Part shown: in pieces, positions 27,928 to 37,611 of the stretch
How the letters are laid out: each line of letters begins with the position of its first letter
How positions within the stretch are numbered: position 1 is the stretch's first letter
Origin: a virus
Lineage: Duplodnaviria > Caudoviricetes
DNA: 64,000 nt
IMG/VR virus record: IMGVR_UViG_3300028832_000136
Span: 5,338-69,337 of that record
Reading direction: 5' to 3' (one strand)
Position numbers and translations under genes: made by a program
Notes under the pieces: model-generated
The model's input: the letters and a program-made list of their open reading frames with translations, nothing else
Databases searched by the model: none
Told to the model about the DNA's origin: nothing

Positions 27928-28324
27928 AAGCGAAGATATTGAGAATGGTGTCTTGAAGTTCATTATGGACTCTGCACCGTATGCGTTCCGCAGACAGCTA
28001 GTTCTTGTCGGAAACCCCTTGTTCATTCATTACAGAACTCTTTGTGGTTTCACTTCGCATTACTGGAAAGAAATTTTCAGGAAAGACAAAGACCGTTTCT
28101 TGTATGAATGCAAGATCCCAAGAAAATACACGATTAAAGATATCGCTGACCGAGCCAAAACATGCTTCGGTGATTACTATAATAGATATTTCGGCGACAT
28201 CTTCATGGAAGAAGCGCTAAAGATGGCAGACTTGCCATGCTTTGACCAAAAGCGCTATGAACTCGTCTTTCAAAGGGTTCAGAAGCGTCTTGAATTGAAA
28301 CATGAGGCGGATGTATTAAAATGA
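27887..28324 (+). CDS. Hypothetical protein
   Basis: GGAGG RBS. Confidence 0.7.
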   Translation: MSNKKSQIILYHAKSEDIENGVLKFIMDSAPYAFRRQLVLVGNPLFIHYRTLCGFTSHYWKEIFRKDKDRFLYECKIPRKYTIKDIADRAKTCFGDYYNRYFGDIFMEEALKMADLPCFDQKRYELVFQRVQKRLELKHEADVLK

Positions 28325-28496
28325 GCCACGAATTAGGAAGTATGATTGCGGCATTCCCTGCTGAAGAATTGAAGCGAGCAATGCTGCATCTTGACAGATT
28401 TGACACGGAAGTCGTTACTGATGAACGACTCAACGCCGTTGCGGCGGAAGAAAATTTAGACAAAGTATCTGAAAAGATCATAGAGGACAACTTATA

Positions 28497-28685
28497 ATGG
28501 GCGGAGAAGTTTCTACAATGGCACAGATCATGATGGCCCAAGCCGCAGGTGGTGGGACAGGTGCCTTATACACGATTGCTAGCCCAGGTCTGGTTGCGGC
28601 TGGATTTTGGGTACTTATCATTGTCGCCTTCGCAGTCTTGGTAGGCGTCATTGACCATTTCACAGATCATGGAGACCAACGATGA
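28497..28685 (+). CDS. Small membrane protein
   Basis: Hydrophobic segment, coupled. Confidence 0.55.
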   Translation: MGGEVSTMAQIMMAQAAGGGTGALYTIASPGLVAAGFWVLIIVAFAVLVGVIDHFTDHGDQR

Positions 28686-28930
28686 AACAAGCACTTAAAC
28701 AGATGGTGCCTCCAGTCATCTTGCTGGCACTTTTCACTTTCATTCTTTACGCAGCGTGGACAGGCAGCATCAAGAAAGCTGATGATATGCTTGAACCGTT
28801 CTGCACAAAGACACTTCCAAGCCTCGTTCCGCAACGCCTGCAGGAACCGGGTACCATGCTTAACCCAAGTAACTGGTATGTTAAGTATGATTGGGACAAA
28901 ATTCAGACAGGCACTTTTCCTCGGAGATAA
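28682..28930 (+). CDS. Small membrane protein
   Basis: N-terminal TM helix. Confidence 0.6.
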   Translation: MKQALKQMVPPVILLALFTFILYAAWTGSIKKADDMLEPFCTKTLPSLVPQRLQEPGTMLNPSNWYVKYDWDKIQTGTFPRR

Positions 28931-28932
28931 AA

Positions 28933-29505
28933 ATGGAAAACAAGTTCACTAGAAAGATTGATGAAATCTTCAAGAAGTATGGTAAGGGCGATGAAAAGAT
29001 GCTCCTTATCGGTTGGTGTCATTCAGGCGATGAAGATGGCGGTACTGACGATTACGAAGAATGGGACATGTGGGAATGCAACCCGTATGAACGCAGCATC
29101 GGCTATGACGAATCTGAATTCGTTTTCTCGCCAGATGAAAGCATGGACGATGAATTTGAAAAGGACTATGATGAACTGACGAACATGCTTTTTTCGTCCT
29201 TCGGAAATGTTCTCAAAGCCAACTACGACCATACGAACTGCTACTGGTGGCGTTTTTATGCAGTGACCAAGGATCATGAGATCATCACTTGGGTATCTCG
29301 CGGCGACCTTTTTGACAAGACACCGACTGTGCTGAGAGAACTCAACTATTATTCGGAAGACGAAGCTGAACAAGCTGCGGATAAGCAGCTGCTTGGCAAG
29401 ATTTCTTACCGTGTATCGGAAATCAAGAATTACTTTTCTCGTCTCAAGTATGACAAGAACAAGCAAGAAGCTATTAACGAAATCAAAACACTAATCAAGG
29501 AGTAA
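28933..29505 (+). CDS. Acidic hypothetical protein
   Basis: GGAG RBS. Confidence 0.7.
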   Translation: MENKFTRKIDEIFKKYGKGDEKMLLIGWCHSGDEDGGTDDYEEWDMWECNPYERSIGYDESEFVFSPDESMDDEFEKDYDELTNMLFSSFGNVLKANYDHTNCYWWRFYAVTKDHEIITWVSRGDLFDKTPTVLRELNYYSEDEAEQAADKQLLGKISYRVSEIKNYFSRLKYDKNKQEAINEIKTLIKE

Positions 29506-29510
29506 TCAAA

Positions 29511-29864
29511 ATGATACAAGCAGTAATTGCTGGCGCCCTCCTATGGGCAGGTGTAATGTTCGCCTTCTATATGAAGAACCAGAAGAAGTCGGACGGTGAA
29601 ATCAAAGAAAAGCGTAAGAGCAAGGACGCTGGCGACCGTATGTATGTCTGTGCCCACAACCTCGTGGAAAAGTTCAAAGACATCGGCGCCCAGAAGATTG
29701 CCGAAGACACTATCTTCATCCCGAAGATTAACTACACTATCAAGATTGACGCTTCGGTTCAGCCTTGCAAGTGCACAATCCTTGACGAAGATGGCGTGAA
29801 GGTCTTTGCTGGCAACGCATCTATGTGTATGATCATCATTCGTAACTTCGTGAATAAAATTTAA
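29511..29864 (+). CDS. Membrane-anchored hypothetical protein
   Basis: AAGGAG RBS, N-terminal TM. Confidence 0.7.
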   Translation: MIQAVIAGALLWAGVMFAFYMKNQKKSDGEIKEKRKSKDAGDRMYVCAHNLVEKFKDIGAQKIAEDTIFIPKINYTIKIDASVQPCKCTILDEDGVKVFAGNASMCMIIIRNFVNKI

Positions 29865-29873
29865 CTGGCGCTA

Positions 29874-29902
29874 TTGCATTTTCTTTAGCGCTTTTGTATA
29901 TT
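29874..29902 (+). promoter_or_regulatory. sigma70-like promoter
   Basis: TTGCAT-17-TATATT. Confidence 0.75.
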
Positions 29903-29985
29903 TTATTTTGATTTATGAATGCAGCAGTAATTATCATTATTTTAGCGACGGTTTCGGCCGTCGTGTTTTTCATGGGTAAACGCTT

Positions 29986-30234
29986 ATGACAGTCAATTTC
30001 TACATAGAATTTGATTTTCCGGGTGACAACGGAACTGTTTTTATGAACAAGAAGCAGCAGCTTGACGATGGTTCAGGCATGCGTCTTGTGAATGCCTACG
30101 GTACTGACCCATTTGACTTTGACTATGTTCCAAGGGATGTAGTCTTGTTCAAAGATTATGCCAGAGCCGAGTGTGTTGGACGACAAATAGCCGGTAAGGC
30201 AGGGTTCCGTGTCTGCATGACCTTTTCCAACTAA
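29986..30234 (+). CDS. Hypothetical protein
   Basis: 82 aa. Confidence 0.6.
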   Translation: MTVNFYIEFDFPGDNGTVFMNKKQQLDDGSGMRLVNAYGTDPFDFDYVPRDVVLFKDYARAECVGRQIAGKAGFRVCMTFSN

Positions 30235-30293
30235 TAAATAAATTAGATGGACAGGTGTGAAATGAATTTAACTTTTTGATAGGAGGAATGAAT

Positions 30294-30527
30294 ATGAGTC
30301 CTTGGGAAAAGCGACATAAGTTTCTACTTGACCAGGTTGAGGAAATGAAGAAATACAAGTGGATTGTCTCAGAACAAGCCGCGAAAGATATGGGTGAGCC
30401 CGCACTGATGGAATGGATTGCGAGATTTGCCAAAGAGTTTCGTGAAGCTTGGGAAAAGGAAAACGGTCCAGTTGATGAAGGCCTAGCAGAAGAGGAAAAC
30501 AATGGAGAACCTACAGGAAGCAATTAA
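30294..30527 (+). CDS. DUF4032-like small protein
   Basis: EEMKKYKWIVSEQAAKDMG..A..EW; late motif TAATAAATA at 30232. Confidence 0.55.
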   Translation: MSPWEKRHKFLLDQVEEMKKYKWIVSEQAAKDMGEPALMEWIARFAKEFREAWEKENGPVDEGLAEEENNGEPTGSN

Positions 30528-30972
30528 GATTGATGGATTTGACACCGATACACAGCATGCCTTTGACAAGTTGGCAGCATACTTTGCCGTTTTCAAGTCA
30601 AGAGCTAATCCTTCAAGTCCACGATACATCACCAAGTTAAATCAGTTCCAGTTGAAATTTATGGAATTTCTTGACAAGGCAACAACTGAAAAGGGTAAGT
30701 TGCAGGTCAGAGCTTACATATCCGAAATTCAACGATTGGTTGCAAGCAATGATAGCGCTCCAGCCGAAGCAACACCTACAGTTGTTGCCGGCGGAAAGGT
30801 GGTTGACTTGGACAAGCGCAGAAAAGGTGCTCGTAGAAATTCCGAATATGAATATGTGAACCCGAATAACGGTGGCGAGTATTGGGATGGCGATGTTCAT
30901 GTTTATGAAGCACCATCTGAAGAAGATGCACTCGACACATTGCGTAAAGCAGGCTTTAAGGCTTCAAAGTAA
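30502..30972 (+). CDS. Hypothetical protein
   Basis: 156 aa, AGAGG RBS. Confidence 0.65.
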   Translation: MENLQEAIKIDGFDTDTQHAFDKLAAYFAVFKSRANPSSPRYITKLNQFQLKFMEFLDKATTEKGKLQVRAYISEIQRLVASNDSAPAEATPTVVAGGKVVDLDKRRKGARRNSEYEYVNPNNGGEYWDGDVHVYEAPSEEDALDTLRKAGFKASK

Positions 30973-30995
30973 ACAACCTAACAACTTTTTAATAG

Positions 30996-31024
30996 AGGCG
31001 GATCCGAAAGGATTTCGCCTTTTT
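30996..31024 (+). terminator. Intrinsic terminator
   Basis: AGGCGGATCC-GAAA-GGATTTCGCCT plus T-run. Confidence 0.75.
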
Positions 31025-31027
31025 CTT

Positions 31028-31366
31028 ATGGAAGATATCGTAACATACCCAAATGGTTGGAACCTCGGCTCAAAAATCATTAAGTGGTCAGGTGACTATA
31101 ACTTGCAAACATCTTCTTGGGTAGAAGGAATTACATGTGCGATTTTTAGCCACATCGCATGGGAACATAAACTTATGTATCTTAGCTCACGAGAAGGTAC
31201 ATTATTTCAGCATGTCGTTGATGCGATATATGCTATGAAAGCAATAGAGGTACCTGAAGGTGAGAACGCTGATATGTTCAGATATAGTTATCTAGAAAAA
31301 AGAATTAAGCTCATCATGGCTAAAGAATATCTGCAAGTAGAGAAATTCAATGGCTCAGTCAAATGA
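31028..31366 (+). CDS. Hypothetical protein
   Basis: In-frame ATG after the terminator. Confidence 0.55.
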   Translation: MEDIVTYPNGWNLGSKIIKWSGDYNLQTSSWVEGITCAIFSHIAWEHKLMYLSSREGTLFQHVVDAIYAMKAIEVPEGENADMFRYSYLEKRIKLIMAKEYLQVEKFNGSVK

Positions 31367-31805
31367 AGCAATGATTAGCATGATTGACATCGTGAATAAA
31401 GCGATGAAGTCGCTCAACCGAAAAACTCAAAGCAAGGAAGATACAATGTATAACCCCGGACATTGCATGACTAAGGATGAATACATACACTACAAAAACG
31501 GCTTACAACGATTAGGCCACATCGTATGGGAACTTGACATGGAGTCTGACCATTCAAATTATGCAACACATCGAGATATGAAACACATGGTCAACTTCTT
31601 TTACAATTATCAAGACACTTGGGTGCTTGCTACAAGGACTGAAGAAATCAAGGAAGAATTGCGTAAGATCGTGAAGAAATCTCGTTCATCTGAAATTGCC
31701 GGCTTTTGTGTTGACCCAGGTCCAACTATTTTGAAGTATCAAATGGCACAGTATGAAAAACTTATCAAGAAAGAAACCATATATGCGGAGAAAGCAAAAG
31801 CATGA
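31350..31805 (+). CDS. Hypothetical protein
   Basis: 151 aa. Confidence 0.65.
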   Translation: MAQSNEAMISMIDIVNKAMKSLNRKTQSKEDTMYNPGHCMTKDEYIHYKNGLQRLGHIVWELDMESDHSNYATHRDMKHMVNFFYNYQDTWVLATRTEEIKEELRKIVKKSRSSEIAGFCVDPGPTILKYQMAQYEKLIKKETIYAEKAKA

Positions 31806-32233
31806 TTGCATGTTCATTTAGTGAAGTTATGTCGCAACTTAACGAAAGGATTTACGGCGACAGATACATACCGCTGCACAACAGCGATAAATACAAGCAA
31901 TTTCTGAATGTCGGTATGGCTGAGTATTATGACTCAGGCATTTGCGGATTTAGAGATAATCAGATTAAAGAAGTCGTTGACCGCTGCTATGAAGTGTGGC
32001 TGAAAGTCAAAGACATGGACAAGCTATCAGAACGGTATGATGCTGCAAAGACACTCTTTCATAAGGTTTTTCAACAAATGAAAATTCGTAAAGAAGCTGA
32101 TGATGAAAGAATGTCAATGGCAATTAAAGCAAAGGTCGCTAAGCAAGCAAAGAAGCATGTTAAGATGGCCTTTGAGGCATACAAAGATCCGAAAATTCAA
32201 CAGGCGATGAAACGCTTTGGTTTCATCAAATAA
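31802..32233 (+). CDS. Hypothetical protein
   Basis: ATGA overlap. Confidence 0.65.
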   Translation: MIACSFSEVMSQLNERIYGDRYIPLHNSDKYKQFLNVGMAEYYDSGICGFRDNQIKEVVDRCYEVWLKVKDMDKLSERYDAAKTLFHKVFQQMKIRKEADDERMSMAIKAKVAKQAKKHVKMAFEAYKDPKIQQAMKRFGFIK

Positions 32234-32243
32234 ATAGCTCAGT

Positions 32244-32570
32244 ATGAATGATGGTTTTGACATAAATGGCTTAATCAAGCAAAAGGATCTTTCCGATCCT
32301 GAGTGGCTCCACAGCGAGGAACGCATTGCGACACTTATCCGCAATACAGCCAAAGCACATGGACTACGACTAAGGGAACCAGACCCACAATGCAAGCGAT
32401 GCCACGGACGCGGCTGGACTGGAGTAAATTCAGTCACTGGGGATCCACTTATTTGTAGATGTATCTTCTATCCTGAAGATTTGAAGGATATGGCAAGTGA
32501 TGTTCCTGAAGAAGACAAAAAGCCAAGAAATCGTGCAGAACGCCGAAAGAAAAAATCTGCGCGGAAATGA
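32244..32570 (+). CDS. Zn-finger-like hypothetical protein
   Basis: CKRCHGRG...CRC; basic tail. Confidence 0.65.
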   Translation: MNDGFDINGLIKQKDLSDPEWLHSEERIATLIRNTAKAHGLRLREPDPQCKRCHGRGWTGVNSVTGDPLICRCIFYPEDLKDMASDVPEEDKKPRNRAERRKKKSARK

Positions 32571-32616
32571 TTTTCAAGAAAACTGAATTATATTTTATTC
32601 AAAGGAGTAATTTTAT

Positions 32617-33555
32617 ATGGCAAGTATAAACTCAGGTCTATGGGTTGAGAAATATCGTCCAAAGTCGGTCGCACATCTCGTTCTACCAAATGACTTTAAG
32701 AAGTTCTTCAGAAAGGTTCTGGCCGATGAAGAAATTCCGAATCTTTTGCTTCACTCGCCGACGGCAGGTACTGGTAAGACAAGTATCGCAAAAGCCATTG
32801 TGAATGATCTTGAAGCAGATTACATCTACATCAATGCTTCTTCAGAAAACTCGATTGACACATTGAGAAATCAGATTGCAGGTTTCGCAACAACAATGAG
32901 CTTTACGGGTAAGAAGAAGATCGTTATTCTTGACGAAGCAGATGGTTTGACGCCGCAGTTCCAAAAAGCTCTGCGTGCTTACATGGAAGAATTTTCAGCG
33001 AACTGCCGTTTCATATTAACTTGTAATTTCTTGGAGAAGATCATTGAACCGTTGCGTCAAGGAAGAACGATGGTGTTTGACTTTGACATGGCGAAGTATC
33101 GTGATGAACTGTTCCCACAAGTTGTCGCCCGCATTGAAGGCATCTTGAAGATGGAAAAGATTGAGTTCAGCCACGAAGGCATTCTCAAGATCGTTGATAA
33201 GACTTATCCGTCTATCCGTAAGGCAATTTCATTTGTTCAGCAATACGCCGAAACACACGGACAGGTTGATGAAAACGCCATTCCGAAGGATCATGGCCTT
33301 GACCTTGCGAAGTTCTTGTTAGAAGCAAAACCGAATGTGACTGCTGCAAGAGCATTTATTGAAAATGAAGGTCTTTCATATACCGATGTGTTCCACGGAC
33401 TGTTCCGTCATTTCGTTCCGGCATGTGCTGCACCGGCTCAAGCAACTATCACATTGGCTGCATACGAATCTCAGGCAGGTACATCTGCCGATCCGACATT
33501 GCAGATTGCAGCGTGCTTGTATGAAATGTGCAAGTTCGTAAAGCGAGAAAAATAA
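32617..33555 (+). CDS. gp44: Clamp loader AAA+ subunit
   Basis: LWVEKYRP, GTGKTS, ILDEADGL..QFQKALRAYMEEFSANCRFILTCN. Confidence 0.95.
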   Translation: MASINSGLWVEKYRPKSVAHLVLPNDFKKFFRKVLADEEIPNLLLHSPTAGTGKTSIAKAIVNDLEADYIYINASSENSIDTLRNQIAGFATTMSFTGKKKIVILDEADGLTPQFQKALRAYMEEFSANCRFILTCNFLEKIIEPLRQGRTMVFDFDMAKYRDELFPQVVARIEGILKMEKIEFSHEGILKIVDKTYPSIRKAISFVQQYAETHGQVDENAIPKDHGLDLAKFLLEAKPNVTAARAFIENEGLSYTDVFHGLFRHFVPACAAPAQATITLAAYESQAGTSADPTLQIAACLYEMCKFVKREK

Positions 33556-34229
33556 TGTTTGACACCCAGAAGATTTCTTTTGATGATTTCGCATTAGGCT
33601 ACAAGCACGGCGTGTATATTTTCACGACCGATGCATGTGACTGGTGTAAGAGATATAAACAAGAAATCGAGTACATCAACAACCACTATCTGTATTTCGT
33701 GGAAGTCCAGACAACCCGTCAAATGGACTTGCTCGAAAAGATTGTGGGTAAGTCGGCATACCCGATTACCGCAGGGTTCGTTGATAATGTGCTGAAGTTC
33801 AGCAGGACAGGCGTTGAATGGGAAGAACAACAAGCAAAGATCATTTTGCCGTTCTTGAAGCAGTTTGGCAATGCTCCGCTGTCTGAGGCTGAAATTCAAA
33901 AGCGCATTGAAAAACAAAAGAACAAGTGCATGTTGACATTGTATGTGTTCCCGACGAATGCAGATGAAGCTGACCGTGCGATGTGGAATGAACGCTTGTG
34001 TGCTGAATACAATGAAACGCCGATTGATGTTTCAGCTGTTGGCGGTCAGTTGCCAGACGATGAAAAAGAACGATTGCTGGAAGGACTGTATGCAACCGCC
34101 AAGATGGTTGTTTTCAGGAAGGGCGAACACTCAACGCTTGCACCGTTTGAAAACAGGATTATGCTTGGTTATGCGATAGCAAATCAAGAAGTCAAATTTA
34201 TCACGAGGGATATCTATGAGAGAAATTAA
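33555..34229 (+). CDS. Thioredoxin-fold protein
   Basis: FTTDACDWCK (CxxC), YP.T.GF. Confidence 0.55.
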   Translation: MFDTQKISFDDFALGYKHGVYIFTTDACDWCKRYKQEIEYINNHYLYFVEVQTTRQMDLLEKIVGKSAYPITAGFVDNVLKFSRTGVEWEEQQAKIILPFLKQFGNAPLSEAEIQKRIEKQKNKCMLTLYVFPTNADEADRAMWNERLCAEYNETPIDVSAVGGQLPDDEKERLLEGLYATAKMVVFRKGEHSTLAPFENRIMLGYAIANQEVKFITRDIYERN

Positions 34230-34470
34230 CGAAATAGAAGCGTATGTCAATGGGACTTACCCTGAATACGAAACCGACCATGTTCCTTGTGGCAACATGG
34301 CATACGACGAAATTCTTCGCATCAAGGTTGGACAAGATCCGCGTGAAATTATGTTTGTGTATGCAAAAGAAGGTAAGATGACCTTTGCATCATATCACAA
34401 TTTCAAGTACTTCAACTTTGAAGCGCTGCAGAAGGGTTTGTTGAATGACGTTGACCTGGGAGATAAATAA
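34216..34470 (+). CDS. Hypothetical protein
   Basis: 84 aa. Confidence 0.6.
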   Translation: MREINEIEAYVNGTYPEYETDHVPCGNMAYDEILRIKVGQDPREIMFVYAKEGKMTFASYHNFKYFNFEALQKGLLNDVDLGDK

Positions 34471-34488
34471 AATCTAACAGGAGAAAAC

Positions 34489-35223
34489 ATGATAGAAATC
34501 ATTCCAGTTTCTAAAAGAAAACCGGAACAAGTTGATACTGATAAACGATTCTACATTGAAGACTCTACATCGCTGCAGGGTATCGCCGAAAAATATAATT
34601 GGGCGATAGAAAACATCATTCTCAAATCAGATGATGATGTAATCTGCTTCCGACACGCCGACACTGAAATCAGAAGCAATACAGACCTCGTTGAAGCACA
34701 GGTCCGTATGCAGATGGAAGATGGGTGTGGCGTCTGTGGTGTTATTGGCACCATCGCTTTGGAAGACTCATGTCAGTGGTGGCGACCGAATCGTCATGTC
34801 AATGGTTCTGGCTATATCATTCAAGGCGGCACCCGCCCAAAGGTTGGACCTGATGGGAAACCAATCATGGACGAAAACGGCATGCCGATGATTGAACATA
34901 TTGAATACCCGATGGCTGACCACCCAGGCGTTCACGACTATCTTGCGACAGTTGACGGATGTTGTTTCTGGCTCAGCCGAAAGATGATTGAAGAAGGCGT
35001 TCGTTTTGATACCAATCTGAAGGGCTATCACTTCTACGATGTTGACATTTGTTGCCAAGCTCTGGAAAGAGGGTATAAGGTATCAACTGTCAATGTTATC
35101 GTAAAACATGACAGCCAAGGCGAAATGCCTGATGATTTTATGAAACTTCGAGAAGTATTCTTCAATAAGTGGAATCCTAAGATTGATACTTGGCCGATTA
35201 CGAGGTTAACGAGGTTCTCATGA
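34489..35223 (+). CDS. GT2-like glycosyltransferase
   Basis: YNWAI, CFRHAD, GVIG, TVDGCCF, FD....YHFYDVDIC. Confidence 0.8.
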   Translation: MIEIIPVSKRKPEQVDTDKRFYIEDSTSLQGIAEKYNWAIENIILKSDDDVICFRHADTEIRSNTDLVEAQVRMQMEDGCGVCGVIGTIALEDSCQWWRPNRHVNGSGYIIQGGTRPKVGPDGKPIMDENGMPMIEHIEYPMADHPGVHDYLATVDGCCFWLSRKMIEEGVRFDTNLKGYHFYDVDICCQALERGYKVSTVNVIVKHDSQGEMPDDFMKLREVFFNKWNPKIDTWPITRLTRFS

Positions 35224-35582
35224 GTGGAAATCTTACAGATGAGCTCAAGTTGCTTGAAACTAGCTTTCCGAGCATAACTTGGACTTACGCCACGAACGGC
35301 GACTGTAGGATTTACACAGGGAAAGTACTTGACGTAATTGTTGTGACGGTTTTCATGCCGGAGCGGCAGTTCGTCATTCACTCAATGGCACGAGATATTA
35401 TTACCAGATACTTAACTGGGGCGGAAGCAGAAGTGAATTTCTTGCTTCATAATGATACTATGTTTAGCATTGACCAATTCAGAGACGCTTTGGGAAAATT
35501 TTTTGAACATGCTGAACATTATGTAAAAAGAAATTATATTGAACAAAAACGGGAAATAATTTATGGCGAAAGGCACTACTAG
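35220..35582 (+). CDS. Hypothetical protein
   Basis: GAGG RBS. Confidence 0.65.
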   Translation: MSGNLTDELKLLETSFPSITWTYATNGDCRIYTGKVLDVIVVTVFMPERQFVIHSMARDIITRYLTGAEAEVNFLLHNDTMFSIDQFRDALGKFFEHAEHYVKRNYIEQKREIIYGERHY

Positions 35583-36051
35583 AAAGAAGACTGTTGAAAC
35601 GGTTGAGGAACCGGCTGAAGAAAAGGAAAAGACCATTGGCTTATTTGATGTCTTGAATATGATTGAAGGACAGAAATTGCCGTGGGACAAGCTTGATGAC
35701 GGTTATAAGAAGGCGTATAGCCAGTTTATGATAAACCGTTTCGTCAGTTCACAACCTCTTTACTGCCCAATCGTTGCAGAGCTGTCTTGTCAGCAGTTGA
35801 CTGACGAGCAGCATTACTTGATTTTGTGCAATGTTGTCGCAGGAAATCGTAAACATTGGTTCAACTACAAGGCTTATAAGAAGGAAAAGGTTGAAAAAGA
35901 CCTTGATGAGCTTATTTTTGCTTGTTGTAAAGAATATGAGATAGGACGCCGTGAAGCAAAGATGTATATAAATAATTTAGAGGAAACGGTAAAAGACCAG
36001 CTTAGAGCAAAATGGGCTGAGTCCTATAATTACGAAAGAGGAAACAAATAA
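35563..36051 (+). CDS. gp62: Clamp loader small subunit
   Basis: LFDVLN.I, YSQFMINRFVS, EQHY.IL, EYEIGRREAKMY. Confidence 0.8.
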   Translation: MAKGTTRKKTVETVEEPAEEKEKTIGLFDVLNMIEGQKLPWDKLDDGYKKAYSQFMINRFVSSQPLYCPIVAELSCQQLTDEQHYLILCNVVAGNRKHWFNYKAYKKEKVEKDLDELIFACCKEYEIGRREAKMYINNLEETVKDQLRAKWAESYNYERGNK

Positions 36052-37550
36052 TGCATAAGTCATTTAAGGATTTGATTAGCGAAGCATCTGTCGGCAAGGC
36101 AGATATTAGACGCGCCTCAGTGAATATCGTAAAATATCTGCAGAAGCATCTGGATAAGGAATTTAAGCCTTGTGATGGAAACATTTATGCAAATGGTTCC
36201 GGTACTTACACAGGTTATTTGTTCATCTGTCCGGCTGACAATGCAGCTATTCGCGTAAACTGGGCTGGCACCAAGTTCCACTCAATTAACGTTTGGAACA
36301 ATTATGTTGAAGAAGCATCTCCGGCAATGGAAATCTTCACCGGCAAGATTGCCCCAGGCGAAGCATCATTCGCCCGTTTGCTGCCTGAAATTGCAGCAGC
36401 AATTAAGGACGGCGGTTTTGCAAGCGAAGACGACGAACCGATGGACGAACTTGCCGAATCAACCAATGTAAATGAAGCCTATGAATATAACGGCAAGACC
36501 TATGGCACAAAGGTTGACATTGTTCATGCCATGTATGACGAAGGTAAGTCAGTTGAAGATATTAAGAATGCCGTTGGTTATCCTCCTGGACACATTCGTA
36601 ATTTGATTGCTCGCTATAAGGGCGAACTTGGCAGCGTTCAGAAGTCTAAGTCCGGAAAGGTCAAGGTTGTGAAGGGCGTGCCTGAAACAATTTTGCCGAA
36701 TAAGGGAACAAAGAAGGCTGATGAAGTTCTGGACGATACAGAATACGCTGACCCAGAAATCGTATTTAGTGACTTGCAGCAATATGTAACCCTAGTTGGT
36801 CGCCGTCTAATTCCAGCCCTTTTGATTACAGGTCAGGGCGGTATTGGTAAGTCATTCACCGTGACTGAAATTTTGAATAAGTATGGCAGCAAGGGTAAGG
36901 AATACGTTATCATGAAGGGTCGCTGCACTCCTTCTGCAATGTATAAGTTCCTCTATAACCATTACAACCAGATTTGCGTATTCGATGACTGTGACTCTGT
37001 TTTCGGTTCTGAAGACGGTATGAACATTCTTAAGGGCGCTTTGGACTCTGGTAACCCTCGTGAAATTTCATGGATGACAAAGGGTCCGGATATTGTGGAC
37101 ACCTTCGGTATTGAATCTCACGAAGAATGCGAACAAGCACTGGCTGCTTGGTCTGCAGAAAACAAGGGCCGTGATGGTACCCCGTCATACTTCCAGTTCA
37201 AGGGCGGTGTGATCTTCATCTCAAACTTGACAAAGCGCGATATCTACAAGAAGGACCGTGCTATTCTTTCACGCTGCACTGTTATTGACATTGTGCTTCG
37301 TGCAAAGGATGTTATCAACCGTATTGAAACCGTGCTTCCGCACATCAAGGTTTACGATATTGACGGTCATAACATCGCCAATGACAAGGGTAAGAAGATC
37401 GTATTTGACTTCATTAAGTCAGATGAATTCCAGAATCACCCGAAGATGAGAGGCAAGGAAGTTAACTTCCGTATGTTCAACCAGATTTATACCTACTGGT
37501 ATGCTGGATTTGAAAACTGGAAAGACCTAAGTTTCCGCGCAGGCGGCTAA
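36051..37550 (+). CDS. AAA+ ATPase with N-terminal domain and HTH
   Basis: LITGQGGIGKS, VFDDCDSV, LKGALDS, FKGGVIFISN, FRMF. Confidence 0.85.
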   Translation: MHKSFKDLISEASVGKADIRRASVNIVKYLQKHLDKEFKPCDGNIYANGSGTYTGYLFICPADNAAIRVNWAGTKFHSINVWNNYVEEASPAMEIFTGKIAPGEASFARLLPEIAAAIKDGGFASEDDEPMDELAESTNVNEAYEYNGKTYGTKVDIVHAMYDEGKSVEDIKNAVGYPPGHIRNLIARYKGELGSVQKSKSGKVKVVKGVPETILPNKGTKKADEVLDDTEYADPEIVFSDLQQYVTLVGRRLIPALLITGQGGIGKSFTVTEILNKYGSKGKEYVIMKGRCTPSAMYKFLYNHYNQICVFDDCDSVFGSEDGMNILKGALDSGNPREISWMTKGPDIVDTFGIESHEECEQALAAWSAENKGRDGTPSYFQFKGGVIFISNLTKRDIYKKDRAILSRCTVIDIVLRAKDVINRIETVLPHIKVYDIDGHNIANDKGKKIVFDFIKSDEFQNHPKMRGKEVNFRMFNQIYTYWYAGFENWKDLSFRAGG

Positions 37551-37572
37551 AAATAAATTGTTTATGCTAGAG

Positions 37573-37607
37573 GGAGGCGGGCAACTGCCTCCTTTTTAGT
37601 ATAAATA
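37573..37607 (+). terminator. Terminator followed by late promoter TATAAATA (37600-37607)
   Basis: GGAGGCGG-GCAA-CTGCCTCC plus T-run. Confidence 0.8.
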
Positions 37608-37611
37608 ATTC

